Source: Lytechinus pictus (taxonomy: Eukaryota). Taken from it: a DNA stretch of 64,000 bases. The notes under the pieces are model-generated. The model searched no databases. It saw only the letters and a list, made by a program, of their open reading frames with translations, and had not been told where the DNA came from. The stretch spans positions 9,796,001-9,860,000 of the forward strand of contig NC_087259.1 of the NCBI RefSeq assembly GCF_037042905.1, written 5' to 3'. Shown one piece after another: positions 26,201 through 38,200 of this stretch (its first letter is position 1; each line of letters opens with the position of its first letter). The position numbers and the translations under genes were made by a program.

Positions 26201-29200
26201 GCCCATCATCACTTTGTAATTTCGCCGTTTTTTTAGATTGCAAATTATACATTTTGGTAAAGGTATGAGGAATTAGGAAAACAATGTTTCCTAGATGGCC
26301 GCCATCTTGGATTTTACAAAATGGCTTTCAAAAACAGGGTTTTCGATATTATCTCGGCTTCTAAGTAACCTAGAGTCCTAGACTCGTAATTTTTGGCACC
26401 TATAACTCATCGTTTCTGAGGTCAAGGAATCTATTGGTATCAATAAAATAAAATTTTACGAAATTCTTCGAGTTACCAGACTAGGAACTCACATAAAAGT
26501 TCAAATTTAATGTTGCAAATTTATAGCGACCTGATCATACCTTTCCTTAAGGCAAATATATAGCCAGTGTGTTATACATGTTTATATGGCATGTATTTCA
26601 GGTCACATGATCAAGGTCAATTGTCATTTAGGGTCAAAGAACTTTAAACATGTGGGGGTATCAACTTGAAATCTTTACCAATTATTTTTTTAAGTCATCA
26701 TAACTTGACGAGCGTATGGGTAATTAAATAATGAAGTATCAATTTTCATCTTGCATGAGTGTCAGATCATATGACCAAAGTCAAACTTCGTTTAGGGTCA
26801 ATGAACTTTTGACAATGTTATTGTATCAGAATCTAAACTTAATCAAGGCTAAGATTTAACCTTCTTATAATGGTCATGAATTAGTCCTATCGGGAAATGG
26901 ATGAATGGATTTTGGGTCAACTCAATATTCATATCAATTGAAATTGATAAAAAAAGGTTAGGATTTTACATTTTATACATAATTTTGAAATTCAAGATAA
27001 ACAAAATACAAACAAGGGAAACATGAATATAATGGTTATCAGATATCAAAATTTAGATGAGTATAATTTCAGCAGGGAGTTGTGAGGAGGCAACTCCCTG
27101 ATTTCAGGTTCTGGTACAAGGTCAAGAACATTTCTGATCCATTAAGTTGGGTTTAAAAAATATACTTTGTTAAGAAATTTTTCTTCAAATTGATCGTTTT
27201 CAACTGGGCATGGAAACAAAAATATATAAAAACCTCGAAATGCCCGAAATTACATTTTGTGCACTTTGGTTTCGCTCTTGTCTAATGTGCAGTGGGCCAT
27301 GAATATGGGGTGCCCAATTGACGAAATCGTATGGATCAAAACTTGCACGATGAATCAATCCGAAATTGCACGAATGATGACGCCATTGTAAAATTTACTA
27401 AATGATCAATATCAAACAACCAATCAAATTACAATGATCTATTTAGGTGTCATATAATCCTTGATATGTACCTGCTATAAGGGAACTCCATTGACCAGAG
27501 CCGCTGCAATCAAGTACCCTCAACCCATATATATTTACATTTGGTGCTACTCCGTACATGCTCGCTCCTATTGTTCCTGCACAGTGTGTGCCGTGTCCAA
27601 GACAGTCTATCCCCTAAAATGAAAAAGTCGTATTTCATGTGACGATTTTTAAAAAATAGATTTTTATCATCAAAGAATTTAATGTATCAATAACTTTCCA
27701 TAGCATGTAAAATTTGAGACCATTACGTCATATCTGATAATAAACATAATAATAATAATTACACATGTATATTGCACAATTTCTATATTCATATACTCAA
27801 CTGCGCATTACCATATTATTATTACCCCGCTATAGCCCTGCTGCCTACAGGCGCTCTGGCATTCAAGGAATTTCTTCCTACAGGGTACCCATTCACCTCA
27901 CTTGGATTGAGTGCAGCACAATGCGGGTAAATTTCTTGCTGAAAGAAAACACGCCATGGCTGGGAATCGAACCCACGTCCCTCATATGAAAGACGAGAGC
28001 CATAACCACTAGACCACGTCGCCACCACAAAATATCGATAAGTAAGATATTTAAAAAAAATGCGATAGAGTAAGACGACCGCCCCGGGGCGCTTTTGCGT
28101 CTGCTAAAGAGAAATTTTCCAAAAAAATCGTGCACACTTCTGCTGATTATTGTGAAAAAAATTAAGGTTTTCATTATTTCGGTGGGGTCCCTTTCTGCCC
28201 CCCCCCCCCCCGCTGCTAATGACCATGCAACCAACCACAGCAAGTCGGCCGCTGGTCCATAGCCATATAATAGCCCGGTAAAAATATTCGACGAGAAAAT
28301 ATCCGACTAATACTATCGTACTTTGGCAAGAGGAAGCAAGTTACAAAAGTATAATTTGTTGTAAATGAGCAATGTGTGTATATGTTCGTCATTTACAAAG
28401 GCGTCAATGCAATTACCTTTCCATAGAACGATAATTTCCTCCAAATATTTTGCCTGAACGTGCAATTCAAATTCAAATTCAAATTTATTTCCACAGTCAA
28501 AATATACATATATACAAATCAATAACATTAATAGATATATTACACGTGGAGGGGTCAAAGAAAGCACAACTGCTCGTTGGCCCCAATGTAAGAAAAAAAA
28601 ATCATAATAATACATGTAAAATGAACAATAACAATATAGCAACATACAAAGGGTGCTTCAGAAAAAACAATAACTCAAATTTGACTGATGTGTCACTTGC
28701 TTCCTTTTGCCAAAGTTGGGCAGAATAGACCTTATGCATTAACGTCATCGCACCGTCATCTTAGAGGCTGAATTGACCATTGCCTTGCATGCAATGCCAG
28801 CTGGTGCATGCATCTGTGACAAATCCTCTGATGGAGGGCGCTACGAGATCATGACGTCATATGCATATGGTCGATCAACTGTAATAACTTACAAACGGTC
28901 TACCGTCGTTGACTGCATCAAACGCAGGGGAGGCTCGTCCTTCATAGTACAAATGGTCTGGGTAGATTCCTGAATCGACGACATATACATTAACACCTGA
29001 TCCACAACCTGTATGAAAAAATAAAAATGTAAATGAATACATAGCCTTCAGCTTCATCCCTTTATGGAAGGTATCCTTATTTGCCGACAACTAATTTGTG
29101 CAATATCAGAACAGTCATGGCATTCGATAGACAGATAGACAATATGCATATGACGTCATTATTTCATTGCGCCCTCCCTCGGATAATATAGGAAGTTGTC

Positions 29201-32200
29201 AAGAGATACACCAGCTGAAGATATCACCGACGCATCGTGGTCTAGGCAATGGCTTCAGCCTCCAAGATGGCGGTGCGATGACGTCAATACATAAGTTCTA
29301 TCATGGTTAGACTCCTGCAAAATGAGCGGAGCAATTCACTGTTTACGGGATGACGATGTGGAAACTATGCCATGTACCAGAGAAATGATTGCCAATCTGT
29401 ATTTTAATAAGCCTGAAGATCGCCACCAGACTGAAATCAATGGGAGCAGACAGGTTAACAGTAAGTCCAGATGAACATATTTATTTTCTGTTCGTCATTT
29501 ATATTTATATATTGTAACAAAATAAAAGGTTTATTTCATGTCAAGCATCGTTTTTGGAACGGTCAAGTACATAGAATTATTTTTAATCCATTGATATATA
29601 TAATTGCTTGGAAATCTAGTAATCCTTTGTAATCGATTCCAAAGGGTTTTTGCTTAAAATATACATTATCACAACTATTTTTTTAAATACAAGTGCACAC
29701 CTAGTTACCGAGAATGCGTATAGCATTTCCATTTATTTTAATGCAGGATTAAAGAGCACTGTCGATTGAATGCCTTGCTCAGGGGCATAGGTGCCGCGGC
29801 CGGGGATCGAACCCCGGACTTTTCATGGATATTCAGACGCCTTAGACCAATCGGCCACGACACCTCCACTAATACAGCGAAACATCGATGTTAATACTTT
29901 ATAATTACGTTGAATATGTATGTCTAATTATTCTTCACGGTTTTCGTATAAAGAGAAATTATATTAGCATTAACGCTAAAACATTTAATTCCTTTATGAC
30001 CATTTACTATTTACGGCCTAACAATTATTAAGCGACATCTTGAATCGTTGAGCCTGATCGATCATGCAATTCAAATTTCAAATTCAAATTCAAATTTATT
30101 TATTTCACTTCCATCAACAAATATTTGTATCCGTTGCAAAAAAAAAATTATTATACATATGTTGTGAAAAAAAAACCACTTAGACAATTTGGGCAACACA
30201 TTGTAGGTTTTAAATACATGTATGTATACTATTTTTCAATAGAAATTAAATTAAGATGAAAATGGAGGGACCCACTAATCTTGTTTCATGTTAGACCGTT
30301 TGCCGAGCATTAAAGCTAAATGAAAGTATAGTTGCAGTAAAACACTGATTTCGTGAGAAAGTCTGTAAAACCAAGGTTAAGTATTACTATATCATCGTGG
30401 ATCTAGATCTGGTACAGTTACATAAACTGAACTTTGTGAAATCATAAAATCCAAGCTGAAAAAAACGATCACACTGGAGATCGCCAACACAGATAGGCAC
30501 ACGTGGGACAGTGTATATTATTATTGCTGTAATAAAGACCCGACGGAAGTGCCCGAATCCGCGCTTATTTTGTTTATTTCTCAGAAATTACACAATTTCT
30601 TCAAGAATCCTCCGGCACATATTTTGTATTCATACAAACAGACACTTGGGTGGTCATTACATTGTATTCTGTAAAAAGTCATTTTGAGATCGTTACCACA
30701 ACTGGCCTTTATCTTTAAAGGGATGGTCCGGGCTGAAAGTATTTATAGCTCAATAAATATAGTAGAATTCACTGAGCAAAATGCTGAAAATTTCATCAAA
30801 ATCGGGAACAAAGTTATTGAATTTTTAAGTTAAGCAATATTTTGTGAAAACAGTCGTCATGAATATTCATTAGGTGCTGGGGTGATGGTGTCACATCCCC
30901 ACTTGTTCTTTTGTATTTTATTATATGAAATTAGGTTTATTCAAAAATTTTCCTCCAAGAACTAGAAAAATTGGATTGACAACTGATTTAGTGCATTAGA
31001 TATTTATTGCTGCAACTTATTTCATTATAAGGGAGACATATTATTCACACAAGTATGAAATAATGAAAATATTATGATTTTATGTAATAACATAAGAAAA
31101 CGGAAAGTGGGATGTGACATCATCAGCCCACCTAATTAATATTCATGATGACTATTTTCACAAAATATTGCTAAACTTTAAACTTCAATAACTTTATTAT
31201 TTGTTATCCAATTTTGATGAAATTTTCGGCATTTTGCTCAGTGAATTCTTCTCTATGTATTAAGATATAAATATTTTCAGCTCGGACCATCCCTTTAAGT
31301 GTGCCTTCGGAGGATTTGCGCTCGAAATTCTGTCCCATAATTATCGCAATCTGCGCGACAGGGTAAGCACGTTCTATATAGTTTTATTTGAAGACATAAT
31401 AATATTTCGGCTATATGCGTGTAATTATTTATTTATTCAAACTGAGCGACGGGATACATGGTTGAGGAAGTAGGAGGACCTGAATGTCAGAAACAGAGGA
31501 AAGTTTAAAATGATACTGGCAATAATACTGGTAGGACTGAGATAGCTGCATTACTGGAAATACTGGAATTACTGGGAAGGGTAGAATTACTGGATAGGCG
31601 TATTGAGTGAGAAGTACCGTGTATGGGCGGTAAATTGCCAGTTCGTCCACTGCCAACTCGTCCATTAACCACAATGGTATATCATCATTTAGTCTAATGC
31701 CTTTTTGTCCATCAACGTTTCGTCTAACAACCATTTGGTCCAATCATCACTTCGTCTAATCACCATTTCGTCTATTACCATTTCGTCTAATAACCAGTTG
31801 GTATAATACCCATTTACTTGACATTCATTTTGCACAATCAACGCTTTAGTTTAATTAGACCAAAATGTAAATGGACTAAATGGCTATTGGACCAACTGGT
31901 TATTAGACGGAATGGCATAAGACTAAATGAAAGTAGACCATGTGGTGAGTAGACGAACTGATGATAGACCAAATGGTAGTAGACGAGTTGGCATTTGGAC
32001 GAATTGGCATTAGACGAATTGGAGATAAACCGTATCAGTCTATCTGCAAGCCCCTGTGTTAATGAGCAAATGAGCAAGATTTATCCAAGTCCTCTCGTGG
32101 CTGAATTCATGTCCCTGCAAAATCTCGTGAATTGTGAGACTTTGTTTCTCAAAGAATTTAACCACTTTTTCCTTGAGTAAAATTAATTATTTTTCTACCA

Positions 32201-35200
32201 TTTGAAAGAGTAAACATTACTTTTTTATACTGATTATTTCTTTTGAATAAAATATTTTGATAAATAAGTGAATTTTAAGCATGAAAAGATGCCTCAAACA
32301 TAATTTTCTTCCTCTTTTTTCTCTTGCAAATTGTGCAAAATTGTGTGTTTTAGGCACAAACATTATTTATATCATCAGAACGCTCAAACTCTGTACTTTC
32401 TTACTATGTCACTTTTGATATGTGGCACCTTTTAGATGGGTCAGCAGCCAGCTTTTTCCAACAAAATGCAAGACGAGATTTCTGAAATTTCTGAGTAGCA
32501 TAAAATCCAGAGTTCTGATTGGTTGATTAGTGTTTTCAAAACACCAGGCGCGGGTAATTTGATAAGATTACCACATGGTGAGTGTGACCTTGCAGAGGCC
32601 CAGTGTGGGAACATTGGAATTTGCGTGGGTGTGTGGTTTCTATGACCAATCAGAGCGCAGTGTTCTTGTTTTTAAACTGCTAAATGTACTTGGCCTATGA
32701 GAAGCTGGCTACTGACCTATCTAAGATACCTCTTCTTATAAAAATTATATCATATTAAAGCTTAGATCTTCAGCTTTATCATTGTCTAAAAATTATTAGG
32801 GCACAACCAGTAATTAAGTGTAAAAACAACAAGTTTTGTTGCATGAAAATAATTATTTTGTTTCATGTTTTAGATCAATGGTTTCACCTATGTTACAAAA
32901 TTGTTTTAAAAATCCAGACACGTGACCTAAAAGAATGATATTTCTTCTTTATAATGATACCAAAAACATGAAATTTGGTCAATATTTAGAGCAGCAATGG
33001 CCGAATAAAAAAGGTGTTTTCATCCCCACCAAGCTCATTAACAATGCAAAACCCCTCTAGTTATGAATATCACTTGGATAAAAGAAGCTACTTTTTGAGG
33101 GCTTGCCGACTGACTGGTATGGGCGTCCTCGCATCCCCATAAAATAAGCGGTATGCGGTCTTGACATGGTTGTGTGGCGTTCATCGGATTTGTTTGGGCA
33201 TGTCGGTTTTGCGATTCCGTGAGATTTGATCTGGCTAGGAGCGAAGAGTCAGAAGTGAAATAGAAAAGTTCTACCCCAACTGGTTGTATATTGCAACCGG
33301 AACGAACCGCTTCGTCAGGAAAAAGGGACGGTTCGGCTAAATGTGTATGTATAATTATGTATGTGTGCGTGTGTTCGTGTGTGAAGGAGAGGGTGAGTTG
33401 AAGACATATGAATATATAATTTATATATGTCTATATATGTATAATATGTCAATATAGAAATCCTCTCAAAAAAGAGTGAAATTCCACTTGTTCAAGTAGT
33501 TAGATGGAGAACAATCCCTTTTCGAGTGAAAAGCAGAGTGAACACGATATCACTCGGATGCCTGAAGACTTCAGGAGTTCTTCCCAATGGGTTTGTATTC
33601 GCCATGTTGATGCGATGCGCGATTCTCGAGCAATGGCGTGCCCACTTGTGATTGGTTATAAGTGCGAAATTCGCTTGCTTCGTATTGGTCAAGTTCTCCT
33701 TGGTCACACACTCGACAACACGAGTGATATTGAGCGAAAGATCGGCTGTGTACAGTAAGGAAAATTGACCACTCGGAAGACGAGTGAGGTAGCGGACGAC
33801 GAAATATAGTGCTGAACACTCGGATCAGAGTGAATAACCGCTCAATGAGGAGTGAACGTTTGTTCGTTACAATAACATCGAGTGACGAACTCGCTCGTTT
33901 ACATTTAGAGAGATATAATGTTTGTGTGGGAGGGTTGCGATAGTGTGCTAGAAAGAGAGCATGGAGAGGGGGAGAGCTAGCCAGGGAGAAAGTTTTTAAT
34001 TGCAACAAGATGAAGGCTCTTAGATTAATTAAAAAGGGATGGTCCGGGCTGAAAGCATTTATATCTAAACAAATAGAGTAAAATTCACAAAGCAAAATGC
34101 TGAAAATTTCATCAAAATCGTAAGAGAAATTACAAAGTTATTGAATTTTAAGGTTTATCAATATTTTGTGAAAACAGTTATATATGCACATCTTCATGAA
34201 TATTCATTAGATGGGCTGATGACAGGGGCTGCGGAATGGTTTTCAAAGTGGGGGGGGGGCTGAGCCAAAAGTGGGAGGGGGCTGACCTTGCAAAAAATCA
34301 CAATCTTATGGTCATTTTTACGTTTTTGTACACGGTTTTAGAAAAAAAAGTGGGGGGGGGGGGCTGAAGCCTCCACCTAGCCCCCCGCTTCCGCGGCCCC
34401 TGGATGATGTAACATCCCCACTTTCTTTGTTCTTATGTTATTACATAAAATCATCAATGTTTCATTTTTCATAAATGTGTAAATGATGTGTCTCCAATAT
34501 GATAAAATAAGTTGCGGCAATAATACATATTGCACTTAATCAGTTGTCAATCCAATTGTTTTAGTTTTTGGTAGAAAAAAATGAATAAACCTAATTTCAT
34601 ATAATAAAATACAAAAGAACAAGTAGGTATATGACACTCATCATTAAGACATACCTCGAACTGTTTCACCGGAATAATGAAAATCTTTAAAATTCAATAA
34701 CTTCGTTATTTGCTGTCCGATTTTGATCAAATTTTCAGCACTTTGCTTTGTCAATTTTACTTTATTTATTGAGATATAAAAATTGTCATCCTGGACCATC
34801 CCTTTAAAGAAAAATATGTCAATCTTTGGAACTTAAAAATACCCTTGGCCTTGTAAGCTCCATCCAGAGGCAATGAACGTTGATCTATTCGATCCAGACC
34901 CCACGACGCAACAGCCGCAGGGTGAATTTCTCCATCTTCAGTTATGTACTTGATCTCCTCTCGGGCCAGAAGCTATTAAAAGATATAAATAATGACTGTG
35001 AAAAATGTTTTTGTGCCCAAAATACAATAAGACTTTCATGTATATTTCGCCATGACTTGTGTTCGTTATTTATGTTGCATGGTCAAATAAATAAGGACAT
35101 ATCCCAGTTATCTATTTTCAACTCATATCACTTTTCAGTTTTCGCTTGAAACTGACGGCATCATAGGTCGCCACCAAAGGCTACAGTGCACATTATGTAT

Positions 35201-38200
35201 TCTTTCGTACTTCTGTAGAAATTGGAAGCTATTTGCATATCGTTGTCTCTCCATTCTTTTTACCTCCATGGTTCAATTATCAACTAAGTGCGTGGGGACA
35301 CGTAATGATTCCAAGCACTGATCTGATAGTATTCAGATCAGCAATCTGTATACAGATCAATGATTATAAGTTGCTAATTCATTTCATGACAACGAACGTA
35401 CAGGGCGTCAACCCATTGTTGTCGGTGTTGCTGCCCTCTACGTTTGTTGTTTCATGATTTCAAGTTGGTTATGCATATATTCATTTCCATTGATTATACC
35501 TTTTGAAGAGCTGTGTTGGTCAGTTTAGCTGAAAACCCATTGATGGCAGCAGTGTAGGTGTGCTTGATAGAAACATCGCCGAAACGTCCCGAGAGGTCAG
35601 TCAGAAGAAGTTTCTTGATCACTTCTACGTCATAACCGGGCTGCATGATCAAATAAACAATCAATACTTTTGATAATATTTGATTTTACAATAACATAAT
35701 TTTAACGATTTTTTTAGTATTTCACAATAATATATTGAAACGAAAAAAATGTAATGTTTCACACTTAAAATTCTGCATGACGTCACATTTCATTTTTCTT
35801 TTTTATATTCATCGATCATTATATTATACCTCGAAGGAACATGATTAAACAACATCCACACTCCAAGTTTGGTAGGTATATGTAAACGTGACACCAGATA
35901 ATATTATGACCACATGATTTCCTTACACTTACATACAGAGGGAGGGGGTGGCTTTCGGGCCACGTATACCCACACATTATTTTCCAAGACAAAGAAAAGT
36001 TGCACAACAAAAAGAGAAAAGCAAAGGGTGAAATACGGAAATCCATCCCAAAATTTCATGTTTGTATTATTAAAGGTTAATGTTTGTTGCTCGTTAGCAG
36101 GGTTTTTATAACATATCCCCCATACGCTATGTCTGGGTCCTGACATTGTTGTGCTCATTTAGTCACCGATTCCTGTTTAGCCCAATTGAAATCCTTTCTG
36201 TAATATTTCCCTGGTTCTAAAAGATATAATGGTGATACAATTCATAATTTATAAATCTTCATCACACATACTCATGACCATCTGAAATTGAATTCCGTTT
36301 TTCCTTCTTTTGGAATTACAAATGGGCAGTGGCGTAACAGGCGGGGGGGGGCAGAGCTCACCGGGAAAAAAAACCGGGAAAAAGAAAAAAAAAAGGGGGA
36401 AGAAAGGGAAAGGGAAAGGAAAGAAAAAAGGGGGAAGGGAAAGGAAAAGGGAAAAGAAAACTAAGAAAAAACATAAAAAAGGGAAAACGGAAAGATAACG
36501 GGAAAAGGAAGGAAAAAAAAACAAGTGACAAAGAACAATTCGCCCCGATATACAAATACATTAGCATGATTAGTAAGACAGGGAAATAAATTAAAGATGA
36601 CAAAAAGGCAAACAAAAGCGGGAAATAAAGGCAGAATGGAATTAGCCAAAATCTAAATTGGAAAATAAAGAATAGGGACAAGATAACGTACACTACCGGG
36701 CTGCCGAGGATTGAGATAACGAGCGGGAAGAAAAACGGATGGTATATAGCATAATGTCGTATGAAAGTCTATCATAAACTTGCTAAATCTCCTAAGGCTC
36801 TGTCCAAGAGTCAAGACCCCGTGCAGTGGGGGCTCTTCATCTGTAACCTTTAATGGGTTCTATAACGGGCCCTTATATGGACCCTTCCTGCATTAAGCTT
36901 TACGTTGAAGCACTGGCGTACCGGGGGGTGGTTCCACAGCCAAGGGGAAATAAAAGAAAATAAAGGAGGCAGCGAAATGAGATGAATGAAAAGAAATATA
37001 TGACATGATATTTGCTATAATAATGTAAAAATCTATCACATAATTAGAATTTCATTTCAACAGGCCTTTTTTTTTTGGCTCGCTTCGCTCGCTGGCGACT
37101 TTTTACAAATTTTCCCACATTTGCTATGGTGTGCCCCTCACAATATTTGGATGATTACGATACACAATTGCATTGAATTTATGTGTTGTGTTAAAGTTAT
37201 ATAAATATACACGCAATTTGATTAAAATAAGTGGCCATCTGTAAGGTTTAAAATGGCTTTGATATCAAGAGGTTCCGGGGCTCTGCCCTGGAGCCACCCA
37301 TAAAGCACTGTTATATGGATGAGTTTGGACCATGGCCCCCAAAAGTTCTACAACCAAACAAACAAAATGAGGAAAGAAAGGAAAGTGTATTATATTTTTC
37401 TGAATATCACGTTAAAATCTATCTTCATGTTAGATTCTCATGAAAAGGTGATTTTTTATCTCGCTCGCTTCGCTCGCTCGGGACCTATATTAAGCTACTT
37501 CTTGCCAAAAGCGCCATACTCGGCCCCCTCAAGCATATAGAGCTTCGCCCTGATGCTCACAATCATAAGTTCATAACAAAAATCCTGTTCACCGTGGCGT
37601 ACAAAAAAAAGAGAGAAAAAGAGGAAAGAGAGGAGGGTGAATATGATATCATCTTTTTAACATTATGTCAAAATCTATCACAAAATTGGATTTTTTGCAA
37701 TAAAGATGTCAAAAATATTTTGCTCGCTCACTTCGCTCGCTCGCTTATATATATATATACATTTGCCCGATACGCCATATCGCCCCCTCAAAATTTTTGC
37801 CTTATGACGCCATTGCCTGTTCAATGATATGAACGGAAAATGTTTGGTTTAGTATCTGCGCTATATAGATGGTCCATATTATTATTATTATAAAATGTCG
37901 AATGATTTCTGAAATGACCCGGTCGATCGACACATAATTTTCTGTTCAGATATGAAATATCAGATATCAACTGGTAGTGAACAGCTGTCCCTTTAAAGGA
38001 GAAATATATTGAAAATCGTAAAAATGGAGAATCATATATCAAATCAAAGGAGAAAATAAGGAGAACACGATGGTGTACATCATTTATCATGGAGACCGAT
38101 GGAACTCAGTTAATTGATAGTTTAAAGTTCTCTCTCTGAATGCTTCAAACACGCAGAATTACGTCCGCGAAATTGGGGATTTTTTATGACGTCACTTTCT

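Noticed and set aside
27950-28026. tRNA genes (also ~29790-29867, ~40850-40930, ~52810-52876, ~58590-58660)
   Set aside because: A/B boxes are present but I could not form a full cloverleaf; the clearer copies continue into SINE bodies and the others are degenerate heads.
32050-33910. Further inverted-repeat elements (~32050-33050 and ~33460-33912)
   Set aside because: Partial inverted matches are visible, but I could not define termini or TSDs well enough to call them.
36249-36693. Lys-rich and Phe-rich ORFs (also 19569-20062, 50150-50684)
   Set aside because: They come from poly-A or purine tracts inside MITEs.
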